From Rebecca billardiae RCC1528 (lineage: Eukaryota > Protista > Haptophyta), in the NCBI GenBank assembly GCA_965240325.2, contig OZ251225.1, positions 2,418,001 through 2,482,000 of the forward strand: 64,000 bases of DNA, given 5' to 3'. Below are positions 11,526 through 22,754 of this stretch, piece after piece. Within the stretch, counting starts at the first letter, position 1. Each line of letters starts with the position of its first letter. A program made the translations under genes and the position numbers. The notes beneath the pieces were generated by a model. That model was not told where the DNA came from. It made no database searches and saw nothing but the letters and a program-made list of their open reading frames with translations.

Positions 11526-12150
11526 TATTGACGTTGCAAGAAAACCTAGAGCCCCGGCCCAGCGCGGGAAGCGGCGACACCGCCCTGCGGCGTGGTTCGC
11601 CCCGCGCTTGTGGGGGCTAGCGGCTTGCGCATCGCCATCGGAGGAAGTTCTTGGCGCCTGTGGGATGCTCGTGAAGTGCGTTTGCCCGCGCGAGCACGCG
11701 AGGGGTGCATTCCTCTCGCTAGCCTCGCGCCGGCGCGCGTGCGTGCGCTCGTTCGGAACAGCATGTTGAACCCCGCGATCACGACCGCGTGAAGCCCGCG
11801 CACGTGACATTGTGCCGGATGACAGGGCGCCTGGGGCCGGGCAAGTATACTACGGATGCATACGTCGGGATGACATCGTATGCCACCCTCGCTAGTGCAC
11901 CGAATGCCCCTGATGTGCTGTCCCGCGTGCATCACGACCAGTCCGCCGTGCCGTCGTCGAGAGTGACCCACCCAACTTCAGACTGCAATATTAGGTCCCA
12001 GGGTGATGCTCAGGTCCCTGGAGGTGTTGGGCCTGTATCATGGTGTCAGGGAGACCCAGAATGACTTATTCGCCGGATGCCCATCATGCCGCTGAGACCT
12101 AATATACCCGTGTAACGGTCGGGGCTCTAGGTTTTCTTGCACCATCAATA
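11526..12150. mobile_element. MITE-like non-autonomous DNA transposon with ~31 bp terminal inverted repeats, TA-bounded
   Basis: Left TATTGACGTTGCAAGAAAACCTAGAGCCCCG (11526-11556). Right CGGGGCTCTAGGTTTTCTTGCACCATCAATA (12120-12150) is its reverse complement with 2 mismatches. Confidence 0.75.
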
Positions 12151-12459
12151 GTGAGTTTGAGGACTGGTGATGAATATGAAATAGCTAGATAAGTGTGGCG
12201 ATATTACTATACAATGCGGATACACATCATTTTTCAATCGTGAATTTGGGTTCGTGAAAGTGAATTTTCACGAACCGATGAAATTTGTATGACGGCCAAT
12301 CTCGATCTGTCGAGATGTTCGGGACAGTTCGTTACAATTGACGAAACGTCATTGAGAAGGCATGATGATTATAGTCCTTCTTTCTCTACATACTCACAAT
12401 ACCAATAGTCAATGAACAAGCGCTGCGACAGCCGCGCGGGCGAGTGAGTGGACCGCGTC

Positions 12460-15400
12460 ATGCGTGCCTCCCCGGTCGCCCTCGTCCTGCTTCTCGCGGC
12501 GCTGACCGCTCGCGCGCAGCTCGTCATCACCAGCGGGCCGTCGCGGCTTGTCGGGCGTGAGTTTATCGCGCCGCCATTCCGCTTCTCCCCGCACCCCTTC
12601 GACGTGGAGGCCGCGCCGGTGATCCTGACCGAGGGCGCGGAGTGGTCGTACGCGGCGTGTCCGCCCGCGTACGTCGGGCCGCACGTGCTGCGCGGCGCCA
12701 TCGTCATTCATGCGCAGCCAAATTTTGTGCTGTGCTCACTCGAAGAGCACGCGCGGGGCGCGCGCGCGCTGAGCCGCGTCGCCGCGTGGGCGTTGTGGGT
12801 CGATGCAGCGGTGGTGTTTGAGACGGAAGTCGGGTCTTTCAAGAACGTCTGGCTGCTGGGCGACGTGGGCGCGATCGCCTCTCCACCGGCGGTGGACCTG
12901 GGCGGCTGGCAGACTGCCCCACTCATCAAGGTCCTGCGCGAGGGCTCCGTCGTGAGCGCGAGCCTCAGCCCCTCCGTGTCGGAGTGGGATCGCATGCGTG
13001 CGTCGGGATGGCTCTTCCTCTTCCAGATCAGCTTCGGGCTGCTCGCGCTGGGGCACGCCGAGTACGCGCTGGCGCGTCTCGCCGCCTTCGTGGGTGCGGA
13101 CGGCGGTCCACGTCCGAGCATCGCACAGGTCATGCTCCTGCTCGAGGTGCTCGCCAACGCGATGCGAGCGGTGCAATCCGCCGACCCAAACTTTTCTCAC
13201 GGCCTTTTCCCGATGCACGTCGTCCTCAGCTTCTTCTGGCTGCCCGTGGTGCTGGCGACGATCACGACGGCGCTGTTCCTCGTGCACTTTGCGCAGGCAG
13301 CAGCGCGCGGCATCGCCTCATTCCGGCTGACCGTGCCCGCGCTCCGCGTCGGGCTGTACGTCCTCTGCCTCACGATGGCGACCGTCTACCTCTGGTTTGA
13401 GATCAACCTGAGGCAGCCGTCGAGCATGAGCTTCTTCATCTTCGTCGCGAGCTCGCAGGGGTTCTACATCGGCTTCCCCGCGCTGCTCGTGGTCCTCAGC
13501 CTCGCGACGGACGCGCTGGTCCGGCGCCGGCTGCGAGACCTCCCGCTGCCCATGCTGCGCTCCCTCTCGGCGCGCGTGCGGCTCTCCGCGCTGCTCTCGG
13601 CCGCGCTTGTGGTGCTGGGGCCGTTCATGTACTGGAGCAAGAACGCGCCGTGGCGCATGCTCGGGATGGGCACGGCGTTCAACCTGCTGAGCCTCGCCGT
13701 CTCCAACGCGCAGATCGGCGCATTCGCCCCCGCCGGCGTGCGCGTGCGCTACGGGCCGCTGTGCGCGCTCATCCTGCCGGCGTACAGCGCGCTCGAGACG
13801 AGGGCGCCCTCGCCGCGCGCGCAGGTGCGCTCCGCGGCGCGCTCCTTCCTCAAGCCGTCGGCCGTGACGCCAGCTGAGGAGCTGTCGAGCCCCGGCCGGG
13901 AGGCGGGCGCGGAGGCTCCGACAGTGGACGACGCGGTGCACCAGCACACGCACGCGAGCGAGGACGTGGACGACGAGCGGATGTTCCTCGGCGTCTCGCT
14001 CCCGTACCTGCACGAGCTGGCGGAGGCGGAGGCGCTCACGGCCGAGCACTCCACCGCGCACGTCAGCGCGATCGTCCGCGAGCGCACGAGGGAGAGCGGC
14101 GCGTCGCTCGCGGAGCTCGAGTCCGCAGCAGATACGCAAGCGGCGGGCAGGCCTGCGGTGGCGCGGGCCACCCTGTTCGTCTCCCACGCGCAGAGCTGCT
14201 CCTTCCTCAAGCTCGTCGACGCGGTGCACGTCCACTGCCGCATGCACGGCGTGGACATCCACACGGTGCACGTGTGGATCGACATCTTCTCGTGCGCGCG
14301 CGCGCGCACGCGCCGCGCACGCCGGCCGACGCGCGCACGCTCAGTCGCGCTGCCAGCCCGCGCCTTACGCGCGAGCCGCCCCGCGCCCCTCCCCTGCCCT
14401 CGCCTGCCCGCCACCCTCCCTCCGCGCCTGTGCCGCGCCGCGCAGCATCCGGCAGCACCACATCTCGACTGAGGTGAAGCGCATCGCCGCCATCGAGCGC
14501 GCGATCGGCCGCGTGGTCGTCGTCCTCGACCCGTGGCACGACCCCGTCTGCCTGAAGCGGTGCTGGTGGTGCGCGCCCGCCTCTCGCGTCGCCGTGCGCC
14601 ATCCGGCGCGGCACCGTCAACTTGCGGGCCACGGCTCACGCGCTTCTGCCGCGCGCGCTGTGCCGCCGCGAACTCGCGCGCGCCGCGCGCCGGGGCCACA
14701 GCCTCTTCGAGATCGCGCAGTGCTTCTTCGCCACGGAGGGCGCCGACCACTCGCAGAAGACGGTGAAAGTGTCGCTCACGATGGCGGAGGAGGAGCGCGT
14801 CTCGCTCGTGCGAAGCCTCGAGCAGAACACGGGCACTCTCGAGCTCGCGCTCAAGCGCTTCGACGTGCGCACCGCCCAGGCGTCTGTCGAGAACGACCGG
14901 ATCAGCATCCTGCAGCACATCCAGACGCGCGGCTGGCCACGCGTCGAGCGGCAGCCGTCGTCGTCCATGCCCGCCCGCGCCTCTCCCCAGCTCGCGCCGC
15001 GCCCGCGCGCCGAGCCCCCCCTCGATCTCATGACCACCCCGGAGCGCGACGACCCGCCGCCGGACTTCGAGACGATGGGTGCGGACACCGCGATCGACGT
15101 GGGCGGCGTCGCGGCGGCTGTGTCAAGCAGGGACCCGTCGCCCACCATGGATCACCACCTCCAGCTGCTGCCCGGCGACGAGAGCTTCAACCGCTTCAAC
15201 GAGGTCGTGCGCGAGGAGCTCGCCAGGGCGGTGGCGGTCATGAGCTGGCAGCTGAGCCGGCCCACCCGCCATTTGCCCTCCGATGCGCGATCGCGCAAGA
15301 AGAAGCACCAGTCCGACGGCGCCGTCCCGCTGTCCCGCGGCTCCTCGGGCACCTCGAGCCAGCCGTCGACGCCCGTGCGCACGGCGCGCAGCAGGCCCTC

Positions 15401-15746
15401 GAGTCACACGTCGACGCCTGTGCTTCAGGCGCGGTCGCGGAGCCGACCCCCCAGCCTCTCGACGACACCGGTGGTCAGGGCGCGCAGCAGGTCTGCTACG
15501 TTGAGGACCCTCGAGCTGGAGGAGGCCGCCACCGCCAACGCGAATGCGCAGCCTGGCGCACGTCTCGCCCACGGCACGTCCCCCCTTGTGCCGGCGCGAA
15601 GCAGCAGCAGAGCCGGTGCAAGCAGATCTAATTCTGAGGCACGGCTGCTGCCAGGCCCGGTGGCGGCTCCGACCGCGGCAGGCGACGACGCCGAGGTCCC
15701 AGTGATGCCCGCAGAAGCGGCGGGTGCTGATGATGGCCACGCATGA
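12460..15746 (+). CDS. 7TM receptor-like protein: signal peptide, ~160 aa ectodomain, seven TM helices, cytoplasmic TIR/HET-like domain, S/R-rich tail; exons 12460-14291, 14446-14568, 14702-15746
   Basis: Hydrophobic N-terminus and seven hydrophobic segments. Two GT-AG introns (14292-14445, 14569-14701) join LFVSHAQ...VWIDIFS-IRQH...VVVVLDPWHDPVCLKRCWC-LFEI...AQASVENDRISIL. Confidence 0.75.
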
Positions 15747-16046
15747 GTCATCGCAGTTCGCACTGTCAAGTGACCGCGTTACCAATACCACTTACCAGAC
15801 GAATCAGACGACGATTATTAATCGCGGTGACTACGTGACAATATATATATATATATATTATAATAATAATATATTCATCTAGTTACACCGCCGCCCGTAT
15901 TATACTTATATATTTAACGACGTGGCAGCATCGGACAAGCGTCAGGCTCAAGAGTGCAACAGACACATAGAATGCGTCCGCGCCTTCCGACCAGGTCAGA
16001 CAGTGCGCCACCCGCAGCCCTGCCCCCCTACGGGAGCGGGGCCGGG

Positions 16047-16465
16047 ATGGAGCACCGCCTCGGCCTGGGGCACGCGGCGGCGACGGCAGATGCCGCCGCG
16101 GCCGAGCGCCTTCCGGAGCACTTGGATGAGGGTGAGGTCGTAGTCGATGTCGCCGCCCGCCGACCTAGCGGCGAGCAGCTCCGGCAAGCGGCAGCCGCGG
16201 CTGTCGCCCCCGTGCGCCCGCGTGGGCGCCTGGATGAGGATGAGGTCGTAGTGCGCGTCGCCGCGCGCCGGCCAAGCGGCGCGCAGCTGCAGAAGAGGGG
16301 CTTGGAGAGTGAGCGCGCCGCCTAGCGCGCTCTGGGCGATGAAGCAGATGAGGTGGTAGTCGATGTCGCAGCCCGGCCCGCCGGCGGGCTGCTGCAGATG
16401 CAGTGCTTGATGCTGGGGAACCTGGCCCCTGGGCTCGTCACACCCCGTACCCCCTGCCCCACCTA
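16047..16465 (+). pseudogene. degenerate ORF with three DExEVVVxVAARxP repeats and an in-frame TAG
   Basis: Repeats near 16125, 16233 and 16338. The third repeat continues in frame past TAG 16323-16325. Confidence 0.4.
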
Positions 16466-17347
16466 GGGTGGAGCGAGGGGCACGGTGGAGGCCGGCGCCA
16501 AGGGCCAGATGGGTGCAGCGGCGTCCACCTGCTGCATCGCCCCCCGAGGCGATGCAGCCGGCGGCCGGCTGGAGAAAGAGGGTGCCAGTGCCTATCCCGG
16601 ACCCGCTGCGTGTGGTTGATCTCCGCGTGCACGTGCCAGCGCAGAGCAGTCGAATCGAACGTCGCGGGGTCAGCTGGCGACCCGCGCGCTCGGCCCGCCC
16701 GCCGCGAGACACTCCTGGCGGTGCCCCACCGAGTCCCCGGGAAGGGGGAGCCGGCCGAGGGCCCGTCGGCCGCCGAAGCGACCGGCTGAGCCGGGACAAC
16801 CTGAAGGGCGCGTGGGGAAAGGCGGCATGCCTCGTCGCAGGTCCGTGCCCAGTTGCTGTTGGCAATGAACGGTGGCAGAACCCGGCCCCACGCGCACGCA
16901 TCCATGGAGGCTCGCAGGCAGGCAGATATATATACATTAGGAGCCGCCGCGACGATATATCGATCGATCAATAACGTCACGTCGTAGTCATCCCGTGACG
17001 AATCACCTGCAGCAGCTCAGCCAGAGTGGCAGTGCCGCGCGGATAAGAATATAACGGATTCCAGGACATTCCTGGCAATCGGGGCCTAAGTAGATATTGC
17101 GCGGCATATATATTATATACGGACGGCGCGACACGAGTGCAGAATGCGCGGCACACTCGCCCGGGCGTAGTGACCAGCTGCTGTTAGCGGCCAGCACGGC
17201 GTCGGCATCGCGAGTGGCCATCAGCTCGCGAGCTCAAGCCGTCTGGCCGGCCATGCAGTGCATGTGTACGTGCGGGATGTGTCATGTGATCGTCTGATCC
17301 ATCGATCGCATGCCGCCAAGCAAGAGCATCAATCCGAGTGGCAACGT

Positions 17348-17792
17348 CTACTTCGTCGGAGGAGGTGCATCTTGTGGGGTCTCCTCGAGTAGCGACTGCA
17401 GCTTCTTCTCGATCTCCTCGCGCTTGCTCCGCTCCTCCAAAAGCATCTTCTCGAGCGAATCGATCTTGTTTCGGGTGGCTGTAGATGCCCGACTCATCCC
17501 CGTGCGACCTGTGCGGCTTGAGCGGCTCGAGCCAGACTCTGAAGGCGGCACGTAGCCTGCGAAATTTCTGTACGCCGCGAAGAGGTTCTCGCGATCCACC
17601 CGCTGCTTCCAGAACTCAGCCTCCTGGACATTGTACATGTTGTACGACTGTCAGCGGCGTGGCCGGCAGCATGCGGCAGCCGTTGGCGCGGATCTCAGGC
17701 AGGCGCGGTGGTCGCACGATCGTATCACTCGCAAGGACTGCGCCAACATGCACACACGGCCGCGGGGCGCGCACCTTTCCGGATCCCGCCAT
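17348..17792 (-). CDS. small protein (~105 aa) with FWKQRVDRE motif and C-terminal coiled coil; exons 17792-17775, 17647-17348
   Basis: MAGSGK|GTGCGC...ACAG|SYNMYNVQEAEFWKQRV. Heptad pattern in KIDSLEKMLLEERSKREEIEKKL. Confidence 0.7.
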
Positions 17793-18076
17793 GCTGGATG
17801 AGGGTCGGGGCGCGGGCGTGCCCGCCGAGGCCGCCACCCTTGGTGGTGCGCTTTTATTCCCACCGGAAAAAGGCTCGCGTAACGTCGAATGATTTTTCTG
17901 CTGCTCATTTTCGTCGCACCTGAGGAATCATGCATGACGATTTTCTCCACGGCTAAGCCCACCACTAGTGAAACGGCGGGAGGGCCCGGCCCGTCTGCAC
18001 TCTCAACCTGCCGGCCCGGACGGAGCCACCGGAAGCGCGGCTGACGTGGACGTGGGCTTGGCGCGCGCCGCCGCCG

Positions 18077-19069
18077 ATGCTCCCGCTCCTCGCGAGCGTC
18101 GTGCTGCTGCTCAGGGCACTCGGTGCCCCGGACCACTATCAGGAGCTCGGTGTGCAGCCGAGCGCCTCGCTCGAGGAGATACGCCGCAAGTACAAGGCAG
18201 CCGCGCTTGCTAATCATCCGGACCGCTGCGTGCGCGCGCCGGCTGAGGAGCGCGAGAGCCGGCTCGCCAAATTCAAACGGGTGTCCGCAGCCTACGAGAC
18301 GCTGAGCAATCCGCGCACTCGGGCCGAGTACGACGCGCGCCGCTCGCTCCACTCTGCACACGGCTTTCGACCACCACCCCCGGCCGATACGCCCTTCACG
18401 CACCTGCCGACCCAGACCGTGGTCGTGCGGTGCACACTACGCGAGCTCTTCAACGGCGCTCCCAAATTCGTTCGTGTGCCTGGTCTGGTCGAATTGAATG
18501 TGATTCTTCGCCCAGAGTGGCAGCATGGCCACAGCTTCTCTCTCCTGTCGGACAGCGGTCAGCACGTCCGCGTCGTGATCGCCGTGCGGCCTCATCATGA
18601 CCTCGCACGGCGTGGCGACGACCTGGTCGCCGAGCGCATGGTCACCAGGCGCGGCGCGGCGCGGGGCAAGCCATTACGTGTGCGTGCGATTGACGGCCGC
18701 ATCCTCACCTTCCGCCCGCTGCGTGGGGGCGCGTGGCGGGACGGCCAGCGGCTGGCATGGCGCGGGGCCGGGATGTGGACGGTCGACGGCTCCACGCGCG
18801 GCGACCTCGTCCTCACGGTGCGCGTGGCAGACTGGCTGACGGTGCTGGGTATGCGCACGCTGCGCGCTGTCTCGTCACGCGCGTTCATTCGCACTGTGCA
18901 GATCGGCATCCTTGCGATGAAGATTGATGGCGCAGTGAGCATCGTGCGCGCATGGTGGCGCGCCCTACACAGCGTGCTCTCTGCGGTGGGAGCAGGCGCA
19001 GCCGCAGCACCCATCAATCGTCGCGCGCAGCGCCGCGCACGAGCCCGGCGCAGCAAGACTCGCGGCTAG
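18077..19069 (+). CDS. DnaJ/Hsp40 co-chaperone (J domain + DnaJ_C) with N-terminal signal-like peptide
   Basis: DHYQELGV...IRRKYKAAALANHPD...FKRVSAAYETLS, CTLRELFNG, GDLVLTVRV. Confidence 0.85.
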   Translation: MLPLLASVVLLLRALGAPDHYQELGVQPSASLEEIRRKYKAAALANHPDRCVRAPAEERESRLAKFKRVSAAYETLSNPRTRAEYDARRSLHSAHGFRPPPPADTPFTHLPTQTVVVRCTLRELFNGAPKFVRVPGLVELNVILRPEWQHGHSFSLLSDSGQHVRVVIAVRPHHDLARRGDDLVAERMVTRRGAARGKPLRVRAIDGRILTFRPLRGGAWRDGQRLAWRGAGMWTVDGSTRGDLVLTVRVADWLTVLGMRTLRAVSSRAFIRTVQIGILAMKIDGAVSIVRAWWRALHSVLSAVGAGAAAAPINRRAQRRARARRSKTRG

Positions 19070-20333
19070 CATCTTGGTTGCTGGCTGGCGGAGCGAACAT
19101 GGCCGAAGGAAGGCTCGGACCGCTGGCCGGCGGGATCTGCGGACGCTCCGCCGAAATCTGCCGCTCATGATGGCCACGCCTCCGAAGCCAGTCAGAAGTG
19201 AGTCCAAGGGGACCGCAGTGCCGACCCGGGGGCGACCGTGGCGGTTACAGTATATGGTACTCGGCCCGACGCTAACTAGCAGCTACTAAACTAGTACTCG
19301 GTCGGAACGGGCACTGCATGACGACGATGGCCAGGCCCGCAATGTGAGCTGGCGACTGTCGTCGGCCGAGCCCGCGCTGCGGCGCTGAAATCATAGTCCG
19401 ACGGCACAGTAACTCAGTTCAGTCACAAGTGCGGCCCGCACGGCCAGGCCATGTCCGTGGCTGTCCCGTGCTGCGGCGCCCGCGGCCCGGGCGTCGCATC
19501 GCGCTGTCGGTGCCACGTAGTGACGTCAGACGTCTGGCATGCGACGACGTGTGTCGTGTTGACTATCCCGCACGGCGCCCCGGGCAGGCGCCTAACGGTG
19601 GCCCGATACTCGCGGGACCGTTGCCAGGGTGGAAGGGCGGCTCCGACTCTCATCCTCAGTCGCCCTGGAGCCGATACTAGTCATCCGAGTCACCTGCTGA
19701 CTAGATCAGATTTGAACTGCCCCGGTGGCGCGCAGCGTCTGACTCAGTCCTCTGAGTGAGGCCCCGGCGCCGCCCGGTCGCCCGGGGGCCACACGGCAGT
19801 GCGGAGAGTGCCACCGTCCCGCGCAGCGTCATGGCGGCAGACCGAGCGTCTCGGCGCGGCGGACGGGCCTGCGGGCTGCGGAGACTCGGTGACGGAGTCG
19901 CACTCGCAGGCTGACTGAAGTCCTGACGGCGAGTAGTTCAGCCGACTCGCGCCAGCCACGCCATGCCCATGGCCATGCGCGCGGTCCGTCAGACCGTGAC
20001 ATTCCGGCGGGTCACGCTGCTTTCTTGAACGCGTACTGACAGTTGGCGGGCGTCAATCTCGCCTGCCTGAGCTGTGTGCGTCTCTTATTCTTAGTAAACT
20101 GTACTTCGACGTGGTTCGTCACCGGTGAGACGGTCACGCCCGTCACGGTGCAGCAGGCGCCGATCGGACTGGCGCCGGCGGGTGGGGAGTGGCGACGGAT
20201 CACGGAAGGACCAAGGGTGGTGACTCCTGCCGGCAAAGTGGCAAGGCGGTTCGTCACCCGGGGCCGCACCGGACTTCTGCTTCGCCTGTCCGGCCTTGCA
20301 AAGCGCAAAGCCCGCTCCGACGCGACCACGCTC

Positions 20334-22417
20334 ATGGACTTCATGCTCGCGAAGAAGCTGCCGGCGGGGCGTGGCGGCGGTGCTGCGCAGGCCCCGGCCG
20401 CGCCTCTTGGCGCATCGCCGCCAGTACCCACCCCTACCCCGGCAGGAGCAGGCCCGGGGCCGTCGTGCGTGGTTTCGTCTGCGGGTGCGTCGCCGGCGCA
20501 GGGCCTGCCGGCGCAGGGCGCGGCAGCGGAGCCTGTGGAGGCGACGGACGTGCACGTGGTTGCTTCGCAGTTTCAGGCGCAGTACTATGACGTCATATGC
20601 ACCCAGCCACAGCAGGCGCGCCTCTTTTACTACGACGAGTCCATCGTCTCACGCTGCCACCCGGTCAGCCTCGTTCCGATCGCGCCAGCGGTGGGGCTTG
20701 CGAGCATCCACACGGCGCTGACGGAGTCGGTGCTCGCGTACTCGAGCTGCACCGTGCAGACGCTCGACGCGCAGTCCGCCCCGGGCGGCATCATCGTGAT
20801 GGTGACGGGCTCGGTGCTGTGCAAGGGCGAGGTGATGCCGCGGCCGTTCGTCCAGACCTTCTTCCTGATCGAGCGCAAGCACTCCTACTACGTGCGCAAC
20901 GACGTGCACCGCTTCATCGACCGGCCCGTGGCGCCCGCGGCACCGGTCGCGGCTGACGCGACGGCTATGGCGAGCGCGGCCACGCCACCGCCGCAGCGGC
21001 CGCCGCACGCGTCGGGCAACGGCGCGCCGCACGCACCGACGGCCGACCCTGCGGTGCTGCAGGCGGTCGCTGCGTCGCCCGTCGCACCGCTGCCTGAGCA
21101 GCACGCGCCGCTGCAGGACGCGCGGGCCCCGGTGCCCGCGGCGCAGCGCGGCGTGGTGAGCGATGGGGCGTGCGCGATGGCGGCGACGGGGAGTGCTCCC
21201 GCGCCTGGGCCATCGGCCGGGAGTGCGCAGCCGTGCGCCTCCAGGGCGGCGCGCAGCGCGGCAGGCGTCAGCGGGGCCGGCGGTGGCGGTGCGAGCGGCG
21301 GGTCGGCGGCGGTGAACGCGGCGGCGGCAGTACGGCCTGCCGCACGGGAGGCGGAGGCGGCTGCGGCAGCGGCTGGCGCAGTGACGGAGCGGGGCGCGGA
21401 CGATGGCACGGAGGTTGGCTCGGCGCTGATGAAATCGTGGGCGGCGATTGTGGGCAAGGAGGCCCCGCTGCCGAGGGTAGGGGACGCCGCGGCGAGCGGC
21501 GTGGCGGAGGGCGAAGCGCTCGAGCTGGCGGCGGCAGTGGGGGCGATGGAGCTGGTAAATGGCGGCGCGGCGAGTGGCGTGGCGGCCCCGGCCGAGGGCG
21601 CGGCAGGGCAGGCGGTAGCACTCGTGGGGACGCCGGCGCATGCACTCGCTGCCGCCGAGGGCTCCGACGGCGCGGAGGTGCGGCCTGCACCACGGCGGCG
21701 CGAGGCACCGTCGGTGCGTGGCGCGCGGCGCCCGTCAGCCGCACGCGCGCACACCGCTCACCGCGCGTGCCTGCCCGCCGCTGCTCTCCGCGTGCAGGTG
21801 TCGCCGGAGCCCGCCGAGGGCGGTGCGCGCGCCGGGCACGGCGTGCACGGCGCGAACATCCTCAACTCGTCGGTGGCGGTGTTTGTGTCCCACGTGCCGC
21901 TCTCAGTCGAGTCGGACGAGCTGCGGCAGCTCTTCCAGCAGTGGGGCAAGGTGGTGCAGGTGCACTGGCGGAAGGACCGCGGCTTTGCATTCGTCGAGTT
22001 TGCCACGCAGAAGGACGCGCAGAACGCCGTCCAGGTCGCGGCCGTCGACCCGGTGTGCGCGGCGGCGCTCCGCGCGCCTCCCGCGACAAGCGAACGCGTG
22101 CGCTCACGCGCGCGCTGCACGCGTGCCCCCTCCCCGGCTGCGATCCCTCGGCACGCCGCCGCCGCGCAGGGCATCGTCATCCACGACCAGCGTGTCCTCG
22201 TTGAGCCCAAGAAGGCGGTGCAGAGCAACCGGGGACGGTACGGAGGCACGCCTGCGGTGCGTGCGCGCTCTGCGGCAGGCCTTCCCTCACTGACACACCG
22301 CTGTCTGCCCTCCCATCCGCGCCATGCGTACGCCGCGTGCGCAGCGGTGGCGGTGGCCGGCGTGGCGGCGCACGGGCTGGACGGACGGGCGGCGAGGCAC
22401 GAGGCACGCAGCTGTAA
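20334..22417 (+). CDS. G3BP/Rasputin-like protein (NTF2 + RRM + RGG); introns 21678-21797, 22053-22169, 22238-22344
   Basis: NTF2 (VASQFQAQYY, VMVTGSV, FVQTFFL, YYVRNDVHR). RRM with RNP2 VFVSHV and RNP1 RGFAFVEF. Spliced RGG tail ends at TAA 22415-22417. Confidence 0.85.
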
Positions 22418-22754
22418 TAAGCGATGACCGGTGCTATGGCTGGCTGCCTACTCACTGGCCCGCGAGTGCTGACGCCCGGCGTGGACACATCTCTCAACGC
22501 AGCACGACTGAGGCAGCGGCTCGGCGTGTTCGCGGCCCAAATGGTATGCGGCTTGTAGGCGGCGGGGCGGCCGGGGCAACTGCTACGACTCAAGGTCAAA
22601 CCCGAAGCCTACCCGTCACCCGAAGCCGTCTTGACGGCCAGCGACGTGAGACGGGGTCCCACGGCGGCCACGGCCACGCCGCACGCGGCCCACGCCCACG
22701 CCCACGGCCGCCGCGCCGCGCTATAGTGATGTCCAGTCTACGAAGTACGAGTCG

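Noticed and set aside
20043-20333. N-terminal extension of the G3BP-like ORF from a TTG start, and other GTG/TTG starts in the track
   Set aside because: Eukaryotic locus, so the first suitable ATG (20334) was used.
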